A DNA stretch of 63,616 nt, counting the filler, from Perkinsus chesapeaki ATCC PRA-425 (lineage: Eukaryota; Protista; Perkinsozoa): assembly GCA_013115145.1 (NCBI GenBank). It is 8 parts of 8 records of this genome, joined end to end, with 100 filler letters (N's around TTAATTAATTAA, not from the genome) between each part and the next. Parts side by side here need not be neighbours in the genome. Positions count along the whole stretch, not along the records: positions 2,682 to 22,659 come from JAAPAO010000628.1; positions 22,760 to 41,916 come from JAAPAO010000646.1; 6 more parts are not named here. One strand, given 5' to 3'. Of the stretch, positions 11,442-24,656 are shown piece by piece. Each line of letters opens with the position of its first letter. The first letter of the stretch is position 1. The notes beneath the pieces are model-generated. The model had not been told where the DNA came from, made no database searches, and saw nothing but the letters and a program-made list of their open reading frames with translations. Both the position numbers and the translations under genes were made by a program.

Positions 11442-14400
11442 TCATTCTCTTGGGATCGTGAGGGGTTCCACGGCGCCAATCAGACTTCCCCTAATAACAG
11501 TATCGTCACGGAAAACACTCCGCATTAAAACATACGCTCGAGCCCGCTGCAGAGGAGCCCCCGCCGCCGCCGGCCATCGCCATCTTCTCGCTTTGCCTGT
11601 ATGCTTTCCACTCACTCTTGGTGTTCTCATCGGGGACAAGCTCGGGTGTACTCCCTCCGCAGTTGAAGCAGCAACACAACCTTCCAAACCAATACTGAAT
11701 CAAGAACCTGAGGACGACATAAAGATATTCTTCATAGTGCGCACGGGTATCTTACAAGAGCGATCCGATTGATTTAACACCGTTGAAGAAGACAACCGTG
11801 CCAAGCACGAAATACATAAAGCTGTTCGCCGAGATCGCCAGCACAGTCGCCGGGCCGGAAGTTCCCTCAGTAGAGCTCGTTACGGCCTACTCATAAAAAC
11901 GGTAAATAAAAATCGCTTCGCTCCGCCTACATAAATAAGAGCCAAATTGGAGATAGCCCAACAAAGCACAAGATAAGTCCTGAACTCGTTACGCTGCGCC
12001 TGAATATCCTTCTGCGTGACGTCGTTCGAATCCAGGCCTTTTGTGCCTGACAGAAAAAATTAATTTCTTATTCAAGTTGTCGATAAGGTTACCCCAGGAC
12101 AGGTCGTGGGTGTTGCAGAATGCGAAGGTTTGGAAGATGTTAATATACGTCGGTGACATAAACGTATATTGTAGGTAGTTGGCCAGTACGTGTACACCCT
12201 GAAGAATAACAAAGACATCTGAAAACTAAGATTAAATTTAAAGTGCGCAAGTTGAGAGACCAGATGCTTCCGCTGGATAATCGTCAGCCTTTGAAACGGT
12301 AGTCAGTGTAATCGTACGATAGAGCCGGTTGCCCAGGACACCGACGGTAACGAGTAAGGAATAGATGCACTAGGACGCACATGTGTGTCGGTGAGGGTAG
12401 AAGTACTTCCAAAGAGGAAGTTTGAGGGGTAAACCTGGTAAGGCCAGTCTAGGATACCCACGAGAAAACTATTTTTCCTGAGATGATTGTCAAGGAGATT
12501 CTATTCCACTTCCACGCACGTCTAGATACATCCAAGCGCTCGCCTACATACATTTCAGAAAGACCCTGTCGGAAAACCAGAGGGCAGCAGATAATCAGAT
12601 TAAGCGAATACCAACTAAGACTTCCGCACTGCTTCGATCCAGGGGTCATAGAGGAACACCAAATCTTCCGCGAAGGAATGCGCTCTACTTCTCATTTTGC
12701 TCTGGGATCATAATTTCTAAACTGATTCATATTTCACCTCAGCATTAGGAACAGTGTTACACACACGAAGAAAACATTCCTGCGAGGCTAGATTAATCCC
12801 TGGTTCGATCCCTGGTGGCTGCAACTTACTTCACCATGTAGAATAGCGACCACAACATAGCTGAGCACAGCAGCAAGGCCAATCGCCATCAGCACTATCT
12901 GGGACGATGTTACAACGTTATAAACAGCTACGGCGAAAGTAGCTATCATAAATATACCAAATACGAAGGATATCAACTTATACCTGAAAAACGACTAAGT
13001 CAAGTTTCAATGGTACGGCTTACAGTGCCCGCAAAGATCTTCGGGGTGAATCTGGCTGGGTACCCATAGCCAGAAGAAAAGTAGTAAACATGAGAATGAG
13101 GTATCTGGAATAACGCACTATAAAGATTCCTTCTCCTTATCAGCCAATAACGCACTGTAAAGATTCCTTCTCCTTATCGACCAATAACGCACTATAAAGA
13201 TTCCTTCTCCTTATCGGTCATTAACGCACTATAAAGATTCCTTCTCCTTTTCGACCAATAACGCACTATAAAGATTCTTTGGAAATAACGCACTATAAAG
13301 ATTCCTTGGAAATAACGCACTATAAAGATTCCTTGGAAATAACGCACTATAAAGATTCCTTCTCCTTTTCGACCAATAACGCACCATAAAGATTCCTTGG
13401 AAATAACGCACTACAAAGATTCCTTGGAAATAACGTACTATAAAGATTCCTTCTCCTTATCGGCCAATAACGTACTATAAAGATTCCTTCTCCTTATCGG
13501 CCAATACCGCACTATAAAGATTCCCTCTCCTTATCGACCAATAACGCACTATAAAGATTCCTTCTCCTATCTTACATGAACTGTATCACAATATACACTG
13601 CATCTGCTCCAGGAAATAAAAGATTCCCTCCATCAATCAGAAATGAATTCCACAATATAATGAAAGTAAGGTAAAAGATACCCACCAGGAACCACGACAA
13701 CAAAGTGTTCAACGCCGAGAACCTGACAAAAATACATGCCAAGTTTCACTTCGTAACAGAGTGCCCTCGAAGGGATAATAAAAGTACGACTCTAGCGATC
13801 TGAGCATCAAACAGTCTAGGTAGGGAGCGCAGTCAGTTATTCATAGGGGAAATATTTCATATCAGATTCCCACATCACCAAACATACAGCAATAATATCA
13901 ATATAAACAATAAAGTTATTAATCCCAATGTATCAGCCTTCCATCAGCTCTCGAGCGTCAGAAGCAGTCCCAAAGCAAAAGAAGGCATTAGATGCCTTTC
14001 ATCGATTCCCTCCTCTATGACCCCCCCAAACCTACAACAACTCGTTCATCAAGATAAGCTTTCTAAACCAAGAGTGCTTCGTAGTGAAGATCCTAAACTG
14101 CAGCAGACCCTGCCAAAGCGCAAAGATTTGTGCGAAGAACGATCCGTTCATCCACCGCCTTCTTTGCTTTATCAACGCGGCACAGTTGTCCGGAACCTGC
14201 GTGGAGGAAATGCAAGTGGGAGCAAGATTTCAAGTTACGTCGGTCACTGCAACGGAATTCTTAACATATTTTAGAGTGTTGGCGGCCGTTCGACTGCAGA
14301 CCAACTCGAGTGCGAGAATCCGATCTTCCGCAAGATACCTGATGACACAAATCGATCACTTGATCGATTTGTCGCTAGTACATATTGCCATAAAATGGAT

Positions 14401-17400
14401 TTATAACTCCTCCGTGAGTGACCGATTTGAAGTATGGAACTATTGGACGCTTATCTGAGGTTGGTCCAAGTTCCGGCGGCGACAATGCCGACCAGCGATA
14501 CGCAGAAAACGCTCCTGGTAACACCTGAACGAAAAGTTATGATTAACATTAAAACTCTCAATGACTTAATTTATCCATACTTTTCATAATTCTTTAGATT
14601 TATTAATTTCTGATACGCAGAAGAATGAGGTACAACTAAGCTAGGCTATTCAACGAGCATCTTAGATTCATATTTATTATATCCTTGCAGTTTCAGAGCC
14701 CAATAATCATACCGATATTATTATTCAAGCCAGTTTATACAAACTACTAAGGCAGTAGTGAGACACTATCACATCTTCCCGACATACATTTAGCAACTCG
14801 AAGAAAACGGGAAATTAGTGGTTCTCATCGAGCTGCTCGATTTGACTACATTCAAGCGAATCTAATGACATTTCGATGGGATCGGATCGAGCTGGAAGGC
14901 CTGTGATATGATTTATTAACCTTACACTTATATAGCCACACACAGACTCGAATGCCTTATCGAGACAATTGCCGACTTTATATTCGAAATCTTGGGAGGC
15001 AACATACCTGATGAAGATGAAGAAAGTAATCTACTTCATATATCTTCAAATTCACGTAATACTAAAATCCATCTGGGCAAAGAATAATTTTCGATCGCTT
15101 CAAGGGCGCAAGTGGAGAGAAATGGAGACACAATGACACAATTTGCCATTGGGTCAATAGCACACAATGCCAGAACACCCAATAGATGTCCAGTAGGTTC
15201 AGTATTGGTATCCGGAGCCAAGACAGGCAGTGACCGGCACAACTGTTCCATGGCGCTGCGCAATATTATTGTCACAATACGCGTTGTGCTGTAAGTGTGC
15301 ACAAAGCGTTTCTCTAGCGTTAAGCTAGTAACCGTTTCGTGACTACTACACTTATGACTAAGTTATATATTTCTTGTATTTTCCTAATTATTTATGTCCT
15401 CCAGTATTTCTCAGTCTGCGTTGAGTTCAACTGCGCACATTCCCCGGTTTTCTAAAGCAAGTCCGAAGAGTTAGCCGGCACAAGGCCCAAGGAACCACTA
15501 AAACTTCCGATCCGTCAAAATGCGAAGATCCTGGAACAATAATAAATGCACCACCCGGGAATCGAACCCGAGACCTCCCAATCAGGCTATCACAAGCATG
15601 TGACATCTCTTCTAGTCTAATAACATATACCAGATTTCCCATGTCTCATCATCAGTAACATGTTTTCGCGAGGCTCCCATTATCACCAATTATAAAATAC
15701 GTTCTTCGGTGCCAGTGCTTTATCAACTGTTATCTCTCCGCAGCATCCGGCAACATTACGATCCCTATCCATGGCATTTATTAACTTCACCACTGCTGTC
15801 TCTTCCGGACGGGTACCTGCAGAGAGAACGATAATCTCATATTGGACCAGTAAAAAAGAGACCTAATTCTATCCAGTGGCTTTCACCACATACCCGCAAA
15901 ACCGGCATCTATCTACTAGTACCAATATTAATACATTTATTATGTTATTATGCTACGCTAACTGTTTGGAATTTATAGTGCTTTCGAATCTTGGTCCCAA
16001 AACTTTCGATCTTTCCGAACGTTTTCGAACTTTTACAATAACTTTGATCAGAAACAACCAGAAAACCACAATCCGGTTTTTATCAGTAATAAGTACACCG
16101 CCACCGACGACAATAATCTATATATGCATTTAATATACCTTTCACCCTTAGCCACTCTTCCCTCCAGCACCTGCATCCAGACAGACACAATAGAGCTCCT
16201 CGTTGACACCAGGCGGAGACCGCTCGTTCATGACACGGTAACTGAGAGGTTGAAGGAACTCACAGCATCCACAATTTTACCTTGTTTTTATGCAATTTCT
16301 TCCCTTGAAAATTTTCCAGTATTTTCCCATAATTTTTCAAAATTTTCTCAGTATTTTTTGAGGAAATTATTTTCCCGTTTTTTTATCCATTTATACGCTT
16401 AATACGCTACACGCAGGAATCGAACCCGGGTCGTTCGATGGACAGCCTCCTCTCCCCTCCTTATTACATATGATGGGCGAATCCTTCAAAGAACCATAAA
16501 TGTGTGTCCAACTTTCCAGCATTAAATTCCTTCAATGCAAACATCATCTGCAATGGTGGATAATTCTCGTAGTTAATAACGTTCTCAAAAAGATGAACTG
16601 AAAGAAAGAAACACAAACCAAAGCTGAAAGCGTGCTGAACTAATAACATAGGCATCACTACTGCGACACAAATACGGTAAAGTCCTGAGCCTCAGTTCCG
16701 CTACTAATAGCATGCTCTAGTAGAGCCTCCTTATCACCACCTTTCCTCCTTAATTCGCTCCCACTTGCCGACAGCTCCAGATTTATTTACTGTGGCTACT
16801 ATAAGATATTGAATCCTCATTCTCAATAGATCACTACAAACAACGCTGAGGAAGCACTGTCACTATTGAAGACTATAACATGCAATTCACCGTTCCTCCA
16901 CTCCTTTCCCCCAGGATACTACCATATACAGTTTGCCCGTTATCCACGGTGAACCTTGGCTCATCTCTAGATGCCTTCCTGTCATCGATATTATCAAAGT
17001 TATATCGATCAATTGGTTGGATTCTCCCGTGGATGTCCATCAACCCATCTGAGAAGTATTGCAGTATTCTTCCGTAACCACACACTTTCCACAACTTGAG
17101 CCATCCCACCGCTTGTAGCTTCGACCCTAGGTTTTCCCAAACTTGGTATTTTTGTTTTACGTATAAATTATTCCGCGCGAATCGCAACGATACAAACCAT
17201 TCCGGAAAAAAGCCGACGGGCAATTCCGGTATTTTGTCCATTTTTCAAAGCACGTCCCACCAACGGACCCTTAGAGAGTAATATCAGATGTTAGGCAGCA
17301 CAGAACGAACGCATCCGAGATTTCCTTCTCACATTTTCTACCAAAACTTCCTCTGTATCTTCTACACATTAGGAACACTTATCTCCGATGAGCACGTTCC

Positions 17401-18590
17401 CAAGAGGCTCGATCACTCCCACAGCTCGAATTCAGCAATAATATTCTATCCAGTTCCCCTTATTATTACTTTCCCTATACATATCCTCCAAATCCATATA
17501 TATGCCCATACGCTGGAGAGCAAGAAGGTTATTAAATCTTCCATCAATTCTAAAAATAACAAACTCAATACGATGGAAAGTCCTGGTTGCAGTCGCTGGC
17601 GCGATAAAAACCCGTTTTGCTGAGTTGATCATTTCAGACGGGAAATAGTGCAATGGACGAAAGATTCTAGAAGCAAACATGCTTTCAGATAGAACCGTAA
17701 TTTCCGCACTGCACGGGACATCGAGATCTTCGCCTCCTCCCATAAAAGCGACAAGAATGAAACTCAGAGTCTGAGTTAGACATCATCCTCATCAGCCCTG
17801 TAATGCCCCCCCACAGGACCGCCCTCCCGGATATCACCTCGTCCTCCCATCGGCCAACAAACACACACATATCTCATCCCAATTGTATTTGGTATTATCC
17901 ACAAACTTACGAATGTTCTGAAGTATGCCAACCAGAGTTCCGGGAACTCCTGAGATAACCAGCAAATATATTTATAAGATATCTTTCATTCGTCTCGATG
18001 TGATATTCACTCATAATGTAACGCGGCTTATTGGTATTACTAACGCCAGAAAAAGGCTTCGCTTCATGGCAGAGCTCAATTCGAAAATCTGGACCAAATG
18101 TGAAAGGTAGAAGTGATCCCATGTGCCTCAAATGATACCCCACTTAGTGCTCGGAGTTACGGAACCTTTTTTGCCGTCAACGAAAGAATGCGGAGGACGT
18201 CTTCGAAGCCCAATTGATTTGGGCAATGATAATCATGATTCGGGCCAAATCCTGATTGTCATTCCTCTGGAGTTTCTGAGCACTGCTGAAAACTGTCAAG
18301 ATATAATGATACACTTCCCAATGATAAAACCGGATCCTTTTCCCGCACTAACCACGCCAACTCAGACACCCTCCCAAATGACCTCCTGATTCCTTCGCTT
18401 GTTCCGCGAATCCTTCAGGTCGATCCGCTCCTGGGTTCATTCTAATAAATGTCGTGCCAGCTTTCCTAATGTCGTCTAAACCACCACAGGGCTCTTGGTA
18501 CATTGTTACTCCTAAAATAACGAGAACGAATATCATCCTCAGTGATGCTGTAGTTAATGAAATGACGCGAATACGCGAGAAAAATAACAA
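11442..18590 (-). CDS. CHS: Chitin synthase (GT2, fungal/oomycete division-1-like), many exons; 5-prime end unresolved
   Basis: Exons encode [86 protein letters not shown] and [10 protein letters not shown], in the correct order. Confidence 0.9.
13112..13562. repeat. Intronic minisatellite, 27- and 37-bp variant units with core TAACGCACTATAAAGATTCC
   Basis: Fills CHS intron 13105-13575; flanking exons join in frame (VIQF-I-YLIL). Confidence 0.95.
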
Positions 18591-19842
18591 AAAAGATAAC
18601 GTAAAATCAACAAGTGGAAATTGTGAGATATTTCGTCAGAAAAATACCGACATAATGGCGAGTTTTCCACCAACTCGATCACAGTGATCTTAACCCCTAC
18701 ATCTGGGGAGGATCGAATCCACGACCAGCCAATGCCAAAGGTCATGCGACCAATCCCGCCCATCGTACCAATAAAGACCTTAATCTTCGATGTTGGATTC
18801 TCGATGAATTTAATCCTGTAAGGTGCCGGTGGGGGAAAGCCTCCAAAATACTCGCTATAGAAGGGACTGTCGAACATTTGATCCAAAAACCGTGGGAAGG
18901 ATATGCCTCTTTCCTGGGAGACAAAAGGTTACTCCAGTAGGCAGAGATTCCGAGATGATCCGAATCGATTACGCGTCAGAGAGGTCTCAACGAGCCCTCT
19001 TGATTGGTATACATTCCATCACCAAACTCGATAGTCATGAAAAGTTAAGACGGGATGGCCTATCATCATATACGTACTCCATATAATATATTATCTATTA
19101 TATGTATTTTTGAAGCACCATGTATAAAAAGGACATTTTCAATAAAGTACACACAAGCCAAAGGAGAGACCATATAAAATACGACTAAGTGCCGAGACAG
19201 ATATCTCAGCCATTAAGAACCATTAAAGACCGCCGCAGTTTCATACAGATTTTCATCTTCGAGGGTCGCCGAAAAGTACTCCTATCAAATTCCTTTTGCG
19301 ACATAATATTCGTTTCTCCTTCCCACCTGCCTACCATCTACCTCATAATTGATATTTTTATGATAAACCAGCTCCTCCTGAGACACTGTTATCGGAGTAT
19401 ACCGCAACCGCGAGTTCTCTCTGGTACGATCAAAGCCTTCAACTCCCTAATAGCCACCAAATGAGACCCTCTCCCTCTTGGCTCTACACTATCACCTTCC
19501 TTCCCAAGTAAAGCGGGTCTATATCGATATAAGAGGAGTATCCTCCATGACCCGGATGGATATGAGGGTGCTGACGACGATCACCCATTCAATAATTACA
19601 AAACCTGAGGACCTGAGAAGATCTCAAACCTCTAAGCCAACCCTATAAAACAGCAGGGCAAGACAAGCTACTGTAATCTTGAGACTGACCGTGCCCGGAA
19701 GAGCTTAAAACGCAATAACAACCATGAGCCTCGACTCTCCGTCTTAATCAAAAAGATGATACTTAAAACTGGTGAATCACCATTAAGTTGTCAAGAGTCT
19801 CTGCATTATTCATTTCCTCCCACTAACGACATTCAAATACCC

Positions 19843-20031
19843 ACTAACCATACAATAAACTCATACCGACTTTTCCTCAAATACCCACTAAACCATACAA
19901 TAAACTCATACCGACTTTTCCTCGAATACCCACTAAACCATACAATAAACTCATACCGACTTTTCCTCAAATACCCACTGAACCATATAATAAACTCATA
20001 CCGACTTTTCCTCAGATTCCCACTGAACCAA
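19843..20031. repeat. 45-bp minisatellite (about 4 copies)
   Basis: Unit CCACTAAACCATACAATAAACTCATACCGACTTTTCCTCAAATAC. Confidence 0.93.
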
Positions 20032-21391
20032 ACTATTCGCTTTAATGTGAAACACTTCTAGATAGCAGAAATAGCGATTTTAGTATTAACACTGGAGGTA
20101 TACTCAATTGACAAGCCTTTGGTCAATCGAGATTAGGAACTAGACACATCTTAATAATCCTGGTAAGAAATGCCCTTCGATCAATCAGCACGGCACGTAG
20201 CAGCATACTGATGATATTGTGGGCAATAATCATTATAGCCCATGCTTTGGGAGAAAGAATCTCCGTAATAGCACTTGGTCCATTCCCAATTGTGGAGAGC
20301 GAACAATGTGCCCTCGTGGTTAAACAAACCGTTGTACTGGTCTTGGGTGACAATCTGACAAATGAAGCATTAACGTGCTGTTTACATACCTTATAGCATT
20401 CCTATTTTCTCTTTGTTACAAAAACTGGGAAAAACTTTCTACCGATAAGACCAAAATTTCGCAAAAAAAATTTTTTTCGTTGAAAAAAACATTCAGAATT
20501 TCCTTCGAATCCCCCACCCAAATCCGTCTCCCGACTTACACCATCCTGGACCATAACATCGTTCATCACCTGCAGAGTGTTCCAAGCGTACTGGATACCA
20601 CCAGCTGGGTTGGGATAGGATGCCGAATCAAATGCACACATGGAGATCTTATGACAGTTGGCACCCAACTTGCAGGAACCCTAATAAAACAGAGAATGAG
20701 CCAGGAACAGATTGAGCAGATTGTTAATACAAATTCGTACCCCGAATACAGCAGGAGGACCAAGCAGCTTCGATACTATAAGATATATTTACAAAGCGGT
20801 AGTATTGAACAAATAAGGATATCACTTGCCAGTGACACACATTAGGTTATAGAATTCAATCGCAAATAAGTCGGATAATGTCATTTCTACTAACTATTAA
20901 CTAATATACAAGGTAAATGCCCTTGCTACCGATCAGGCGTAACTGCATGGTCAGGATACCCACTCGACACATTTACCACGATAATCAGGCCTTGAGACCA
21001 ATTTGTCTGCCCTTCATTTGACTAGCACTTTCCAATAGGACCATATTATTTATTAAATAAACTTAACGAGGAAGCGGTTCGAAAGAGCGACCTTACCTCA
21101 ACCATCACAGTGATCTTAGCCCTGAGATTCTCCCATCCGGGCTGGGTACACACAACACACTGTTCATGGAGCATCCAACGGAGACGCCCAAGGAGATCAT
21201 CCGGGTTACTGAAAATAATAAAGTGACCAGACTGCTACCAAAAGGGGTCGGAAATCGAAGAATTTAGGGAATAAACCAGCGACAACGGTTCACCAAGGAA
21301 TCAGAGAGAAAGTTTAGGAATAAGTAATAAGAGGTACCCGATGTGGTTGAATGTCCAAAATCCTATACAAAGCCGACTAATGCCCTCCTTC

Positions 21392-22309
21392 TCACTTCCC
21401 AGTAGAGTCCTTGATCTCATTTCTATATAACATCATCAGAGCCGAGTCGGCATACTGCATGACGTATTGGGTGCCCAAGGTATCAGGAGCACCTTCGATA
21501 GTGTATTGAACATATAAGGAATTAGGGAGATATCCAAGGCCATTTTGAAGATCAGATTTCATCTGTTGAGCGTCCATTAAACCCTCCTTGATGTACTCCT
21601 GATCGATGTGCTCAACGTCGAAGCTCAAACCGATAGGGGCTATCTCAGCCATAGTGTTAGCGTCGACGTTGTTGAGAAGGAAATTCTTGAAAGTCTGTAC
21701 AAATTTGACCATAAGAGCTCCTCTTTTGGAGACCACATCACCGTAAGTAAGCCACAAGATGCCTTGATTGTTGGTCTTGCGTCTGAAGTTGACCATAAAA
21801 TCTACCAACCCCTGCTCATCGACGATCTTATTGGCATTGCTACTGTCAGCAATATTCACTGAAACATCACCACAGTTCCATTCCTGACCCATCGGCGAGT
21901 TTAGGAAATCAAACAATTGATTGTTACCGTCACGCCAGTAGTCTTGCGACCAGGTGTAAGTACCAAGCATTTTCCCCTTGCACTGTGAGCCCGGTTGGGG
22001 TCGGGCCGTAGGAACCTGCGTGCTTGCTGGGAAAGAAGGCGAGGTAGTAGAAGCCGATACTGGCCACGTCGACGAGGCAGAGGGGACCGATCCGTTAGAG
22101 AACGCGGACGTGGTTGTCTTAGACAAGAAACCTGTTGTTGTGGCGCTGGAAGGGCCACCAGTGACATCAGACGGATTCTCGGTGAAGTCAGACGGCAAAG
22201 TTGTTGTGACCGACGCGGAGGCATCTGTGCCGTTAGAGGCAGTCGATGAGCAACCCTCGAGAAACAAGGCAAATGCCGATAGGAACACGGTGAGGATTAG
22301 AGGAGCCAT
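21392..22309 (-). CDS. Secreted protein: signal peptide, Ser/Thr/Pro mucin-like linker, then a globular domain; probably continues in further exons below 21392
   Basis: MAPLILTVFLSAFALFLEGCSS, a linker of about 90 aa, and IGLSFDVEHID (loosely GH18-like acidic motif). Confidence 0.7.
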   Translation of the reverse strand: MAPLILTVFLSAFALFLEGCSSTASNGTDASASVTTTLPSDFTENPSDVTGGPSSATTTGFLSKTTTSAFSNGSVPSASSTWPVSASTTSPSFPASTQVPTARPQPGSQCKGKMLGTYTWSQDYWRDGNNQLFDFLNSPMGQEWNCGDVSVNIADSSNANKIVDEQGLVDFMVNFRRKTNNQGILWLTYGDVVSKRGALMVKFVQTFKNFLLNNVDANTMAEIAPIGLSFDVEHIDQEYIKEGLMDAQQMKSDLQNGLGYLPNSLYVQYTIEGAPDTLGTQYVMQYADSALMMLYRNEIKDSTGK

Positions 22310-22832
22310 GTTGGAAATAAAAGAGAAGAAGGAACTAACCCAATCAAGATTCCGACAACTTCGTGAAGTACCACCGGATGTAGCAGTAGTTAGTTTAGAG
22401 ATATGAAGCATTATAACTATACGATGGTACGCTTAAAAATCACATAGTAATAAGCCGATGTTGAAAAGAGGGGATAAAATGTTTGTTAAGAATATGTGTT
22501 GTGCCAAGGGGTCGTACTTGTGGCAACGCAACTAGTAGCGGACTTCGGTGGATAGCGTAATAGTAGTAGTAGCAGTGACAAGGGCCTTCTAGTAAGGACC
22601 AAGTACGCAGATACAATGAAAAGACTAATGTCTAATCTACTGATCTACTGATCTCGTGCNNNNNNNNNNNNNNNNNNNNNNNNNNNNNNNNNNNNNNNNN
22701 NNNTTAATTAATTAANNNNNNNNNNNNNNNNNNNNNNNNNNNNNNNNNNNNNNNNNNNNTAGCGGAAACCGTTCTCCCAAACCAGATCTACTTGAGTTAT
22801 TATTGAAGTTGGCTTTGCACAAGCACAAACAA

Positions 22833-24482
22833 ATGCCAGAATCAGCGCGCGCCCAAATCATGACTTGGGAGACTTTTTTGGTACTTCCAGTTTACAGTTT
22901 GTTTAAATGACAGATAAGATAGATTCCTTGTTGAATGACTTGTGGGAGTCATTGAATGCAACTACGTTAGGCGGAGGAACAATAGAAATTCCCGGTAAAG
23001 TACTGTCACTGCGCCACGAAATTACCGATGTCCCATCAGAATCCTTAAAAGAAGCTCCGTCAACTCTGATTGAGGCTGTGAATTGGAGGGCCGACTGGTG
23101 GTGGGTAAAAGACGCATTTTAGTGGAAAAATCGGTATGAACTTTCTCAGATAGTCTTTCCAAGCGCGCTTGCTTTATTATCGACACTTGTGGTCTTAAGA
23201 CACTCTACAAATACCACAATAGCAATCACGATTGGCTCCCTGACGGCTATAGCTGGCGGAAGTAATAGTGTAGTGGTTAAAGCATTGGTTCTTCACGCCG
23301 ATGGTCGTGAGATCGATTCATGGTTAGTCTTTTTAGTGTTGGAAACCGTCAATAACTGGGGAAGGATTAATTGGACTACGTTCAGTTCTCAAAAGTAATA
23401 TCTTTCCATTTAGAACACTATTTACATGACTGCGTAATAATATTTTATCGAGTCCTTCTATTTGAATCATCATTTTTCGTTACCTCGGAGCTAAGCGAAT
23501 TCCCGTCGTACTCATTTCATGCCCCGTGTTTGGTTCCTCTATGTTATCATTCGTAGATTTCCCTCAGTAACTTTCCTGTCGCCGATTACGGTTAACCATC
23601 TCTACGCAGAATTAATAGCCGAACAAATATTTCGCAAAAGACATTCTAAAGTTCTTTGTCTGGAAATTAATTTGTTTTCAGTTATTTCGACCCGAATGGG
23701 TTTTTCATAGCATGCTTTGCCGGAGTACCGATTTTAATCACCTCAGCAATTATAGTGGCAGTGTTGCTTTTTCAATTGGTAGTACTGGTGGGAGTATCTC
23801 AACGCATTATAAAGAATTATGTCATATATGTCTTGGCGCGCTGAAGGGAATTGTCCGTATCTTTACGCACCATGAAGATTCCCCCATATCTTCACGCGCT
23901 ATAAAGAATTACGGTATATCTTTACGCACCATGAAGATTTCTTCATATCTTCACGCGCTATAAAGAATTACGGCATATCTTTGCGCGCTATGAAGATCTT
24001 TTGCGCCAGAATTGGCATACTGCAGGAAATTTCCCCTATGTTTCGGCTACTTGGCAATACCAAGTTGGTATGCTTTCTTCGGAGCTTTTGGCACGGATAC
24101 CAATTTACGTGCGAAAACTTTCCAATAAGACTGGTGCCCCTACGTCTTGGAGGTCAAACAACTTCACTGGCGGATATTAAATAACAATTAATCAGATAAT
24201 ATGATAGCCCTCCATGCATTGCCTTTTGAACATACTGCTGCCTAGATATACCAATCGAAATTTCTGGGAATTTTCCGTAGGGACCTCTGCCGGGCATCGG
24301 TAACGCTTCCAGAAATTGGATTTTGGTTACAGAGAGGGACATTATATATCATTTATCGAACTTCCAGGGTGCCTGGATTGAACCCGGGACCGTTCGATTA
24401 CTGAACTCAGGTTACTCTTGCTATGCAGTCGAAGATGCTGCGAATGAAGGCGGCGGAAAAAGGGAAAGACAAAGCCGATTGA
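22833..24482 (+). CDS. TMEM18: TMEM18-like membrane protein, multi-exon (central exons not resolved)
   Basis: Spliced VNWRADWW...GGMLETVNNWGRINWTTFSSQK resembles the TMEM18 AEYINE.AA.NWR.FS..QYFD motif; basic C-terminal tail. Confidence 0.55.
23859..24008. repeat. About 60-bp tandem repeat made of CGCACCATGAAGAT / CGCGCTATAAAGAAT modules
   Basis: About 2.4 copies inside a long intron. Confidence 0.88.
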
Positions 24483-24656
24483 AAAAGAGATACTTTTCTA
24501 CGCGGAGCTGTGCCGAGTTTTCATGTAGTGGGCATTGTGTGATTAAAAAAATTTACTTTTTTTCCAAAAAAAATCATAACTCAAATGAAAAAATTTTTTT
24601 TCAGAAAAATCTGAATTCAAAATTCTTTTTTTTCAAAACAATGATAAATTTTAGCC

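Noticed and set aside
13112-13562. Repeat with variable intervening segments resembling a CRISPR array
   Set aside because: The intervening segments are short, near-identical variants; the array lies in a eukaryotic intron and there are no cas genes.
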